From Azolla caroliniana (Eukaryota > Plantae > Polypodiophyta): a DNA stretch of 64,000 bases. A program made the translations under genes and the position numbers. Shown here piece by piece: positions 27,001 through 39,123 of the stretch; positions within the stretch are counted from its first letter, which is position 1, and every line of letters starts with the position of its first letter. The stretch covers positions 37,262,001 to 37,326,000 of the forward strand of contig JBHGNT010000001.1 of NCBI GenBank assembly GCA_043228905.1, read 5' to 3'. The notes under the pieces are model-generated. The model was given only the letters and a program-made list of their open reading frames with translations, ran no database searches and was not told where the DNA came from.

Positions 27001-28133
27001 GTGTTTGTAGAGATGGCGTCCCATGTATGCGCCAAGATAATACCTCTTTATGCGATGGTGGATGCTTGCATGACAGTAACCACTCCTTGATCTCACAATG
27101 GCCATGAAAGTGAGAGTTACTATTCAAGGAAAAATGATAATTTAATATTTTATGATAATTTCACATGTTAATTGGTGAACACAACATAAAAAATTGGTGA
27201 CATTGGACTAGAGCTTTAATTGGGATAATTGAGTTGCCATCATGTTGAATTGCAATCCTTCAATCTGATGCTGAATCAATGTAACTGGAACACATCACTT
27301 TCAGGAGAAATGATAAATCGATTGCCAATTAGCGTTATTCAAACATATCATTAGGAACTGGGCAAATTAGAGAGATTGATCATGATTAATCGCCAAGAAT
27401 GAGACAAAATTAGGGTTCACTTAATGCAATCAGGATGAATGAATTGTGAGCAACTGGCTATCAATTGCAATGTGTTTCATTAGAGGGATTAATTCTAGGA
27501 ATCCTAGAGAATCAAATATTTAGTGCGCCTGTGTGATATTTCAGAGCCCATTAGGTATATAGTCGGAATATAATGAAACACTAATCACCCTGCTACACAA
27601 GAATTTTGGAATATAAGTAATATTCATATGAGGTCGGGTTAAGTGATGCTAATAATAAGATTAATTTTATTATCAGCTGTTGAAAGGCACTAGCGGCAGT
27701 CCGCCACATTTGGGATTGTGGGTACCCAGTAATAGGAGGCGGTAATTTGTGAAAAAAGAGGAAAGTGGTAATGTAGGTGATTTCCCAAAAGTTTGAATCA
27801 ATCATGCTCTTCATACCGACACCATTACGACATCCTCTTCATACTCTCTCTCTCTCTCTCTCTCTCCAAACACTTTAAATCAAATCATCTTTACTTTCTC
27901 CTATTTCACTTCTCAGCCTCTAGGCGTCTCTTTTATTTCTGACCTGACCATCTGGTATGTACTAACATCATTGAACTTCATTCCCCACCCCAATGCAACG
28001 TATGTATGCATGCAAAAGTAATAATGTATGTACGTACGTAACATATGTAGTGCATGGATGTAATGTAATGTAATTTATGTTTTTTAATAACTACATGCTC
28101 CCAAGCAAAACCTTTCTCATACTACGGCCAGCC

Positions 28134-28316
28134 AAGTGCTTGACACCACATGCTTTCATTGGTGCCATTCCTTCTCATCACTACAGTTTGATTCCGACGC
28201 CTACTTCTATATGGCTCGTGGAAAGTGCTTGACACCACATGCCTTGATTGGTGCCATTCCTCCTTGTCGCTACACTTCGATTCAGACACCTACTTCTCTA
28301 TGGCACGTGGAAATGT
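28134..28316. repeat. ~90-bp tandem duplication
   Basis: aagtgcttgacaccacatgc.tt.attggtgccattcct...ctacttct.tatggc.cgtggaaa occurs twice. Confidence 0.8.
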
Positions 28317-28663
28317 GAACCAACCGGCAATTGAAATGACCAAGTGGTGTGACACCAATTAGTAACAACAAAAACAAACAAAGAAAATAAGATTTGTGTC
28401 TGTGTATCACATCATTCTTGAAGATGACAGCATGTAATGAACAACATAACCAAATTATGGCCAATGATGGCCAGAGCACAATTTCTTTGTTAATCAGAAT
28501 CCAATGACGGCCAATGCACAATTTCATAAGACAAATACAAAGAGGCATAGTTCAATGAGGATTAATTTGGTCATGTAGCGTACAGTCCCAATGATGGTCA
28601 ATGAACCATCTATGGTGAAAAACATTTAGTTCTTGAAGATTAAAGCGTAGAAGTGCCCAGAAA

Positions 28664-31396
28664 TCAAGTTGGCACAAGTGCCTTATCATCGGCCAGGCAT
28701 ACAATCACAGCAACATAGATGACAAAAATAGAAAATGCCAACTCCAAGAAGAGCTTAGTAGATTGCTTCAGAAGATCAAAGACGATGGTTCTTCTAGATT
28801 TGTTGACGATCCTCATTGGTTTCGAATCAAGGTCCAATATATCTCTGTTCATGGAAATAACTGATCCGGCCTCAGTATAATGGGCAGGATTTGAACTCTT
28901 GGAATAACAGCTACTGTGAATCACTTTGGAAGGAGTTGATTTGAACTTACTAGAACCTTCCTCATCAGAACAATCAGAAGACCTGATCAGTAGATCATGC
29001 GAGTCAAGCTCACCATTGGTGTTGTCATCAAAATACCTCGGTGACTTAACTCGAAAATTGTTACCCTCATCAGAATACGTTCTTGCAAAACTACTTCCAG
29101 GGGATAAATTGGATGCTTGTGACTTAATAGAAACCATCATATCATACATAGTCTGACAATCAAAATCTAATGCTCCATTGTTAAGTGGAGATAAATTTGA
29201 TACTTGTGAAACAGTTTCCATCGTTGAATAATCATAGCCACTTGAAATTGGACTTTCTTGTAATGTCTCACCTAAGGGATTAAAATCAGAATCGCCTGAG
29301 GGATCAAAATCAAAATCCAAGGAGCCCTCTTGTTCCCAATGAGAACATAGAGAGTTTTCATCTTGCTGTACCTGATCCTTCAGAGTGGAAAGCAAGTCTT
29401 CCTCAGAAATTTGCTTGTTCACCTGCAAATGCAGGATGATATATTGAAATCCTGACAGATTTCTTTGTTCACTTTTGTATTTATATTTGTTCCCAGGATC
29501 TAGCCTCATTATGTCTTGAGAAAACAATCCTTAAACCAGTACTACAACACTTTGCACTTTTATGATATATTCCCAGGGCCCAGCATCATTATGAGCTGAA
29601 AATATAATCTTTCAACCAGTCCTATGACTCATACCAGACTTTCTAAAAGATGTAATTATGCTCTAATATAATAATCTAAACATATATAGATAAATACAAG
29701 GTTTGGAAACTACAAATATGGATTTCATGACAAGAATAATCTAAACATATATAGGTAAATACAAGGTTTGGAAACTACAAATATGGATGTCAATTACATG
29801 AACTTAACAGAACTAGCCTAAATAGTTCATGTATGTTCGGTTTCATTGTTATTAGTGGCATATATTTACCACACGTAGGTTCTAAGTGTACAAGAAAGGA
29901 AATTAATTAAGTCCATAATAACACAAACTTAGCTGCACTTTCAGAGTATTCCAGTCAGCCATAAAAGTTCTGTAATATGTTTTGCAATTGAAAAAAACTT
30001 AATTAATCCTATCAAACTGTATGTGTATGTATATATGCATATGACATACCTGAAGAGATCCATCCTCAAAACTGATAATGCTTTCACGATCATCTTCTGG
30101 ATGATAGGGCTTCTCATCCTTCATAGAGGCCATGGAATCTTTTGATAGAGTGAAGAGTTGGCCATCCTTTGGGTCATTTTCATCATCATTGCTTTGCATA
30201 AAGGATCTTCCTGCTGTAGAGAGAAAAAAATCATCTTCTTCATGGGGACAACCACCTATGGTAAAATCCAATCCACTGCCAGTTATGGGTGATAAGGACA
30301 AGAGAGGGACTTGAGCTTGAGAATTCAAGATGTTTCTTAATGAACTTCTGTTCTTATTTGTGGAATGTATTGTTGAGAATCCATGAGAATGCCCTCCTGT
30401 CTTATTACCTGAAGGAGGAGGAAGGTTTTCTTTATCGTAAATAGGTTTCTGTGCAGTAAACTTTTGCAAAGGAAGATTTTTCGTATCTTGTTGCAGAGTA
30501 CGGAAGCTGGAATCCAGGGAAAGCTGAGGAAAGTTGTGTTTCTGAGAGGGATGAAGAACCAATGGTTTAGCTATGGAAGGGCAGAAGCTTCTCCTTGATG
30601 AAGCAAATCCATCTCTCCTATGTCCTTCCAAAACACCAAAGATGGGGCTAAGATCAAGATCTAACAGGTCTGCATCCACGACTTTAAGGATACTCTCTAA
30701 AAGCTCTGCAGCAATCTTTCGTGTTCTCCTCGAAGAAGAAGAAGAAGAAGAAAACTGCAGGATTTCCATGCCGACACTGAGCAATCGAGTGCCATAGCCT
30801 TGGATAACAACATTGCTGCTGAATTCAGCAAGGGATCGGAGCAGGGAAATGAGAGAGACAGAATGAGATCGAACCCAGTGGCGGTCTCGATTATCAGCAG
30901 CATGAGCAGAAAAGGCTGAAATAGCTCTGGAACAGACAAGTTCTTGAAGATCGAGAGGAGCGAAGAAACGCCATGGATCTGATTCCACCAGAGTTTTCAA
31001 GCAAGTAGCTGAACCAGAAGAAAGGTTGAGATTCTCACAGGAAAGAGAAGGAATAAGAGGTATGCAGAGAGATCGGAGAGTTTCTTCGTTCAAGGAAGGA
31101 TCCTGGGAAAGGTCGATGATATGAACAGCGAGAGAGACGACGACATCAGAGCAAGCGGAGTGAAGTCGAGGAGAACAGGAGAGCGAGGCCATGACAGAAG
31201 ACATGATGCGAGGGAGGTGAGGGATCATGTCTTGTTTGTGAAGCTTAGCGAGGTTACTGTAAACATGGATGGCGAGATCCTTTGATGGGGAGCAGCTTAC
31301 GTGGGCATCGCCGCCATAGCTGACATGGTGATCATGATCATGATCATGATCATAGGCAAGCCCATCTTCTTCTAAATGCGGAGGAGGAGGAGGCAT
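28664..31396 (-). CDS. SINE1: SINE1/SINE2-like plant KASH protein (ARM/HEAT N-terminus, C-terminal TM + LVPT)
   Basis: Exons 31396-30050 and 29422-28664 (phase 0, 701 aa). The N-domain LCIPLIPSL...SSGSATCLKTLVESDPWRF resembles the Arabidopsis SINE1/2 ARM domain as I recall it. The protein ends LELAFSIFVIYVAVIVCLADDKALVPT*, a plant SUN-interacting tail. Confidence 0.85.
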
Positions 31397-31789
31397 TTGT
31401 CTTCCTGCGCTGCTTCTTTTTCGATCGAGTGATCGCAGGAATTCCTTCGTCTTCGTCTTCGTCCAAATTTGAACTTTGGGATTATTAGTATTAGGGAGGG
31501 TTACAGAGGGAGAGGGGGGAATCGAAACGTTTGGAATTATGTAATTTGAAAAACAAGGCTGTGTGTGTGTGTTTGTGTCTCTGCTGCGTCAGACTTCTGC
31601 TTTCTCCTTCCCGTCCGTCCTTACTCCTGACTCCGGAGTATGTACATATGTATATTGTGTAATGATTTCTTTCTTTCTTTTCCTTTATTATTAGGTCTCT
31701 GGGCTTCTTGGGGACTAACCATCTATGTATGCATTATTGCATATATATATATATATATACACATATCCCCCAAGGAAAGGGATCTATCG

Positions 31790-33640
31790 TGTGTACGGGA
31801 GAGGAAGAACACACGTGACACGCCCTCTCGTAAACTCCTTGATCTCGAAAGTCTACGACTAGAGAAAACCCGTTCCACAGCCCTCTTGTAAATTCCTCAC
31901 TCTCAAAAGCCTATGGTAAACGCAATGCAGAGCAAGCGAGTGAGAACTCGAGATAAGGATGCATTGTGATCAATCCTAAAGGGAAGCAACAAATGTGGAT
32001 CGACCTTCACGATGCATACTGTACTTGATGATCCAAGCATGTAGTGTGGAGGACAAGTGAACCAATACGATAAGTCAAGAATACCCCTCCCTTCATCTCG
32101 CTAGAGTCACAAAATTCACTCATACAAACTCTAGTTTTGACAACTTATCGTTACACATAGTATGAGTATATGCATTCATGTGAAAATAGAATTTGCTTGT
32201 GTACTAGAAGGCATTCACATAGTTACTTTTCAAAACATTCCCCTAAGTTCTAGCCACCATGATTATAAATTTTCCGCTAAGCGCAATTGTCATAGAGAAA
32301 ATCTATGAAGAATTCGAGGATAAGTGAAACCGATTCGAAAGAGCTTAATGTACATATTGTGCCAATGATATCGTGAGCTCAAATTATGGTCAAAGGTGAG
32401 GATGATGAGATGGTATGAGTTATATTTGCATGAAACTACAAACAATGTGGCAATGGAGAGTGCCCTTGCTACTTGGACAACCCCCCCATGCAACAAGATC
32501 CCTTCCACAACCTCACAGTGACCCCATTCTAAATCATCAATCTTAACTAACAAGTCCAATCATACATGAGCTTCTGCATGCACGCATTTCCATTGAATCC
32601 CGCCTTCCAACCACAAACCATAATGATGCCACTTAGATCACCCCCAAAGGCCTAGAACCACCCCTCAACAAATAACCTTGGTTTTCTATAACCCGTCATA
32701 ACTACTATTATCAGAACAATGCCACATAAACGTCCACAACCCTAATTGACCTTTGATTATCAAGGGGAACGACCAAATGGTATCTGCCATTGGAAAATGC
32801 AACATTATAAAGGCCTAACCTAACACAATCATCTTAGCAAACCCACCATTTAACCCTAGTGCAGTCTAGTTGGCTCTCACAAATTGTCAAGCCTCCATTT
32901 CACTTAACTAAATCCTCTTACTACTACTATTACTGTAGTTAAATGAAATGTTCAACCATTCGCTCCATGGACCCTTAGAGGGCCATGCCTCCATCACCAC
33001 CCATTCCTCCATCCCTTAGCACTCATCAATCATTCGCCTAGTTTTCTCAATCAGTAGTCCTAATCAAATATATTTTTATCCATGCCAACAGTTGTCCATT
33101 CCACATTGATGTTGTGGGGTTCCGTCTCATCAAAATAGGTTCCTATCCACTACTACTGGACACAATTGGAAACAAAACTTGGTTAGATTGTGTCATGGGG
33201 ATAGCAAGGTGAAACTCCATGTGACAACGAAGCCCTCCACGATAAAATCCTCATTGTATTCTATTTGAAAAGCATACTGCTAATTGAAATCAACATTCTT
33301 TGTGTGGCCCAAGCCTATTGCTATCCACAAACCATGGTCATAGTCATTAGATCCATCATTTGCATTTCTTGCTCAAGTGGATGTAGAATGTGAAGCACTA
33401 GAAAAAGGAAATGCAAACCTCCCAACACGAGCAAGTGACAACATTTGAGGAACTCAAATCTCGAGATTGACATGACCCATGGACATCTCCAAGAATCTCA
33501 CATTACCACTATACAAAGAACTAATCGACTTGGTCAAGCATTACATGGACATGGCACACGATCATACCAAGATATGAACAAGATTGAATCCGAATTCTAT
33601 TAGCACCACAATCACCTTAAGCGCACCTCAACATTGGTAT
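31790..33640 (-). mobile_element. Degenerate LTR retrotransposon remnant (gypsy-like gag/protease)
   Basis: Non-genic, with higher GC. A minus-strand fragment near 32750-32800 reads MADTIWSFPLII, resembling gypsy aspartic-protease 'MAD..V.PLG.I'. Many stop codons. Boundaries are approximate. Confidence 0.35.
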
Positions 33641-34581
33641 AAAAAGAAGTGTGTGGCGGTAACAAGGTGCTTTGACGTGCATAAACGCTTAATAGCTTTG
33701 ATGGGATGATAACGAAATACTTATAATAGGTACATAGGTGTAAACAAATACACACAGGCGATTATCTCAGGCAGCCTCCCAATTAAAGGTTTATTTTTTC
33801 TTCTATTAAGGAAAACTTATGTGTCTGTTAAACCTATCCGTGTATGACCAATTAAAGTCAGATGCAGAGTCACTAATATTAATTCTCTTTACATTCATCC
33901 GCCTCGTTTCAGGAGCAGAGAACCTCATCATATTCGCCGTCGTCTCCTCGTTGACTGTTCCTCTATGGGTGTTTCTGAAGAGCTCCCTCCCTCACGGGTA
34001 CGCCGTTTTTTCTTTTGTTTGCTATATACCGGCATCCCTAGTAGTAGTTTATGGCTCTATAATCTGCTAGTTTTTTTAAAAAACGAAATTAGGATTAGAA
34101 AATGCACAGCTTTATTTTGTTTCCACTTGCGAAGCACAAAGACCCCATTATGTAATGTAATTCTATATGTTTTTGCGTTTGGATATGAACGTATTCATAT
34201 TATATGTATATATGTATGTATGTATGTATGAATGAATGAATGTATGTGCATTGCTGTCTAAAGTAGGTTCTGCCAGTGTACACCCTTGAGAAGGATGGAA
34301 AAATGTATAACTTTACCTTGTTTCCACATACAGATGATATGTATGTATGTATATGCCCAAATTAGGTTCTGTCATAATAAGCTCTTGAAAAAGGAATGGG
34401 AAAGGATTAAAAATGCGCATGTATATATATGCATTGATATATGTATATAAGTTTATCTATCAATGTGTATACATACATCTTCACACATGTACGTACATAT
34501 GTACCATATGTATCTCTGTGGGTACAAACATGGCCAACTTTTATTCTGCTGGTGTAGGCTCTTGAAAGCAAAGGAGAAAGG

Positions 34582-37500
34582 ATGGAAAATTTCCCAGATT
34601 CTAGCAGTGAAAGCACTAGCAACGACGATAGTGGCATTAACAGCAATAGCTCAAGGAGGAGGATGACGAAATGCATTGAAAAGAAGACCAAAAGGCGGAA
34701 AGGCTCACAATATGGATTTTCTTATGACGTGGGAGCAAAAAGGAGATGTTGTGATACCTATTCAAACGTTAGAGTTGAAAGAAGACAACATAATAAGAAG
34801 AATGGCAATATCAAGAAAACCTGTGAAAGGCATAAGGAGAGACCTAGAAGTTCTCTTTCTAGTTGTTGCCATATATTGGCACAGCCTTGTGATGCTTCTG
34901 GTCAAGACCAATGCAAAAGGAAAAAGAGAAAGCGTCATATAAAAAATTTACAATCAAGAGAAACTAGTACTGATGAAGAGGTCTCAGTTTCTAGCTTGAA
35001 TAGCAATTTGCCATCACAAAAAACTAGTAGCGATGATGATGCCTCTAACAATATCATTGATTTTAGAAGTATGGCTTATGTTGTTTTTATAACCTCATGA
35101 TATTTAAAAAGCGCCATTTCTCTATAGGGTTATTATATCAAACTATGTGTTGGATCCATGATTTTGTTTTTGTGGTTTCATGTAGAGAATGTTCAATCAA
35201 GTGAGAATGCAACATGCATCCTCACAAGTGATGTGGAGAATACAAAGTTCAATCAATGCATGCATGAAACTGAGGTTTTGAATCTATCAATGGAGCTTAT
35301 GACAAAACCAAAGCTAACTGTTGAAGGCATCCTTCAAGATGACGTCAAGTTTGATTTGCCAACACAGACCAGTCACATGCATATGGAGACATCTTCTCCT
35401 GTAGGGCTAGAAGCTTTATCACGATCATTTCCTCATAGTGAGTCAACAAAGAATACTTGCGATTCTTTGAATAATATGGAGATGAACCAAGAGGAAATGT
35501 TTAATAAAGTAGCCGCACCAATTAGTGGTTCCAAAGCACGTAAGAAGAGAATAGTTCATAAATCACCCTTTCATCATACACTTGGTGCACAAAATGAGAA
35601 GGAGAAATGTTCATCTCTTTTAAGAACATCACAACCCCCGTGCTGGGATGAAGATATATTGTGTGATTTGTGTCATCAAGGAACATCTTTGCTCTTGGGT
35701 GGGTGGTATTGTGTCTGTTGTGGATCACAAGCTGCAAACTGCCAATGTTCCGAGCCAAATGAACATAGAGATGACACCATCAGTGGGAAGGTTCACAAAA
35801 TGTGTGCCCTATGGTCTTCCGAGGTAAGAATTTCCTTGATGCACAATTATCAAACAACTTATACCATGGCATTTGTGTAATATCTTATTCTTCTCGATGC
35901 AGACATATATAGATAAAAAGGCTTCTATCCAAGGACTCTTGGCCGCAGTCAAGCAGGGAAAATTCTTGGTAGATCTACATCCTTATATTGTTTTTTAATG
36001 TTGATCATTTCCTTATACTTTTGCTAACTTGAGCTATTGCAACTACACCAATAAACAGAAATGTGTGAAATGCCAAAAGTATGGAGCCACTATAGTTTGT
36101 TGCGTAACCACATGCAGTCAGAGTTTCCATTATTCATGTGCTGATTTTCTGGCCAGTCGGCTTCGATGTGCCATGTGGAAAGAAAAGGAAAAAATGGTTT
36201 TGGCATGTGATCAACATCGTCTTGTTGCCAGGTTATCTCCGACAGATAGTGATGCACTGCTGAACCTGAAGAGGCAACTGAAAAGAGTACAAATCGAGTC
36301 TGGATCGAGTAAGGTGTTACTGTGGGTTAGTAGGAAGGCAGTATTATGGATTAGTCTGACCCTGTAATATCTTTTTAAAAAAAATAGGATTGTTAAGCCG
36401 CTGTATAGTACCTTTATTTTTTTTGGTAAAAACGTTTATGCGGTTTTCTATTGCACTTGGTTTGTAGGTCAGGTATCTCATGGAGGAATTTCATACAGCT
36501 TGCACCCTGTTTTTCCGCAGTCTGATGATCTTTATGCAAGAAACAATGATATGTTGATAGAAATTCCGAGTGATAGTGAAGAAGAAGATAAAGTGTGTGA
36601 AGAACACATTTTACTGCAGCTGCTTTTTCTTTTTTCATCTAGTAAAGCAAATTTTCTGAAACGTGATTTGTTCTTGCATGTGATCTGTATTTGGAAAAGT
36701 TAACAAGAAATAGCTTACAGACAAATGGAGAAGGTGATATCCCATATTGGCCAAAGCAAATGGGTGGTTTTATCCAGATGGATCCTACTGATCCAAGAGT
36801 TTCAGGGTAAGTTCTTTTATGATGAAGATGAAAAGAGGTATAGCAGAAGGAAACTCGAAGTTGAAGGATGGAATACACCGTCATATACAGATATTATCAA
36901 ACTCTATTGCAAAATTCTCTTGAAGTTAAGAATAAGAAACTGGAATGGTGTGTTTATCTACATTGATAGCTACACTGTAACCTTTGACTCATGGAAGCAG
37001 GCATGGTGGAACTTTATACTGTATTGGAGAAAATTTGTTATGCACAGACATTTCAAAAGGATGGGAACCTGTGCGTATACCTTGCACAAATGATATAGAT
37101 TCAGCTCCAGCACCAGACATCAACTACATAAATAAGAGCAGGTTAGTTATATCATAACTAAAGCTGGATGGATGATTTGTTCATCTATCAATGTGTTTTT
37201 AAATGTGTATGCATGTGTATGCAACTTGTAAACAGGTGTCGGGCAAATGCCAAAGACTTCTATAAATCTCTCTGTTTGGTGAAAGAGAATATATCACAGC
37301 CTTGCAAAGGATGCAATTATCGTGATGCAGATAATCCACAGAAAGAAGTTTCATCACATTTGAAATTGAAGGATTCACAACGTCATACAGATATGAGGGT
37401 TGATTGGCAAGGCCAACCTATATATGGCCTAAACCCTTATGACCGATATGGTCGTCTTCAGGTATGAAAAACTGTATTGTTTTGTAGTGTGATTTTCTTC

Positions 37501-39123
37501 CCAAATCCTGGAGCAATTATTAATCTTTGAGGCCAATATGTAGGTTGGACCTGAAATAGATATTGTTGAGTGCAATGATAGATGTCCATGTGAAGCAGAG
37601 TGTCTCAATAAAGAACTTCAAAAGGGGTTGAGATTTCATTTGGAGGTGTATAGGACTGAAAATCAGTCGTGGGCAGTTCGAAGTACAGAACAGATTGCGA
37701 GGTAATGAGTTTATAGAAAAGAAACAATGTCCAATTAGTTGCCATAAATATGAGAACTTTTAATCAAATATCCCCTAAGCACTATAGTTATCAAATGATT
37801 TTGAGTGATCTATGCGTCACTATATTTGTGCAAAAAATTTGAAGTCACATATCATTAAATTTGCGAATACAAAAAGTGGCAGTTTTGATGGCCAAGTTAC
37901 CTTAAACCCCATAAAGAATGAATAAAGCTACCAAATTTATTTATATATTCTAAAATTTAAGAAGAGAAGTTTTAACGATTAGTTTTTCTTAAAGGATATA
38001 AATATTCATAGACATGCTAGAGGTATTTTTGCAGGGGAAAGTTTGTGATAGAGTATGCTGGTGAAATTGTAACACATGAAAATGCCCATAAACTTCGTGG
38101 CGAGTATGATTTGGCAAAACTCAGGTATTTCAGGTTCTTCATTTGTTACTCTGTATCAATCATTCCAGAGAAAACTGTAGAGATTCTAATACCTGGGTGA
38201 ATTTCTCCAGTTGTTTTGCAAGCAAGAGTCGTAATCTTCTCATGATTGATGGGCACAGAATGTCAAACATAGCACGCTTCATAAGCTGCAGGTTAGGCTC
38301 AAACAACGGTGTGAATTTATGTTCTATTTCAATAAAGATGCAGACATCCTAAGGTTCAAGCTCAAGGACCAAGGTTACAGAATTGCTAATGATTCAAGTC
38401 CAATATATAGGTCAATTTATATGTAACTGTTGTATCTATATGTAAATGAATAATGGTGCTAATGCTGGCGAAGAACATATTCTTCAGGATAAGTCTGTAT
38501 TGGAAGTAATTATATTAGAGTTTCACACTTGAGAGAACGGGGTATTTAATGTTACCATTTTCGCTGTATGCTTAATCAATGTGGCGATGTGTGTTTATAT
38601 GATGATGTGATATTAAGTGGTTAGAGAAAAATATTTCATGTGCGAATTGTTTTGCAGTGCTCAAGGTAACTTGGGGATACACAGGGTTTACACTGAAACG
38701 GTTGATCCACGCTTCTATCGAATGGGACTTTATGCAACTCGAGACATTGAGATTGGGGAGCAATTGTTGTGCCGGATTTCTAATCCTCCCGACTGCAGAC
38801 TGATGGGTATGAACTTCTTCCCAATTAATCAGAAATTGGAAAAACTGATTTATATACTTTGTTATTATCTTATTTACAATGCAATCTAAGTAAGATGAAA
38901 GTTTAATTGCATTTTACGCCTCACTGTTTGAATTAAACATTTCTGCTACTTACATGTTTCATGTGAAGTTCTACATTGACCTGATATGTGTGTTTTGCCA
39001 AGCTTTTACATTGTAGTGGGCGTTCCTTCCATACATATTAAACAAATGAAGGTAGAGGAACCCTATGCTCGTTTAGCTGATTTATCAGGCGTTCCTGTGC
39101 TGAAAAGTATGTGGAAGAAATAG
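34582..39123 (+). CDS. Extended-PHD + pre-SET/SET protein (SUVH/SUVR-type SET, degenerate active site)
   Basis: Phase-consistent exons: 34582-35068, 35186-35823, 35903-35968, 36059-36308, 36468-36592, 36700-36806, 37001-37141, 37236-37461, 37544-37701, 38035-38124, 38211-38291, 38658-38806, 39017-39123. ePHD: CDLC...VHKMCALWSSE...CVKC..YGATIVC....C..SFHYSCA...ACDQH. Pre-SET/SET: DISKGWEPVRIP, ECNDRCPC...C.NKELQKG, FVIEYAGE, YATRDIEIGEQL. Confidence 0.88.

Noticed and set aside
24400-27500. Probable decayed DNA-transposon/retroelement sequence (also ~5000-7800, 18200-22300, 40500-41700, 60300-61400)
   Set aside because: The composition is TE-like, but I could not recover convincing domains, termini or TSDs by eye.
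27976-27986. CTTCATTCCCC, resembling the miR166 3' half, near a possible leader exon
   Set aside because: The 5' half is absent and no complementary star arm was found.
36725-37093. 122-aa ORF inside the SET gene
   Set aside because: It is an off-frame overlap of two exons and an intron. The phase-consistent model uses another frame.
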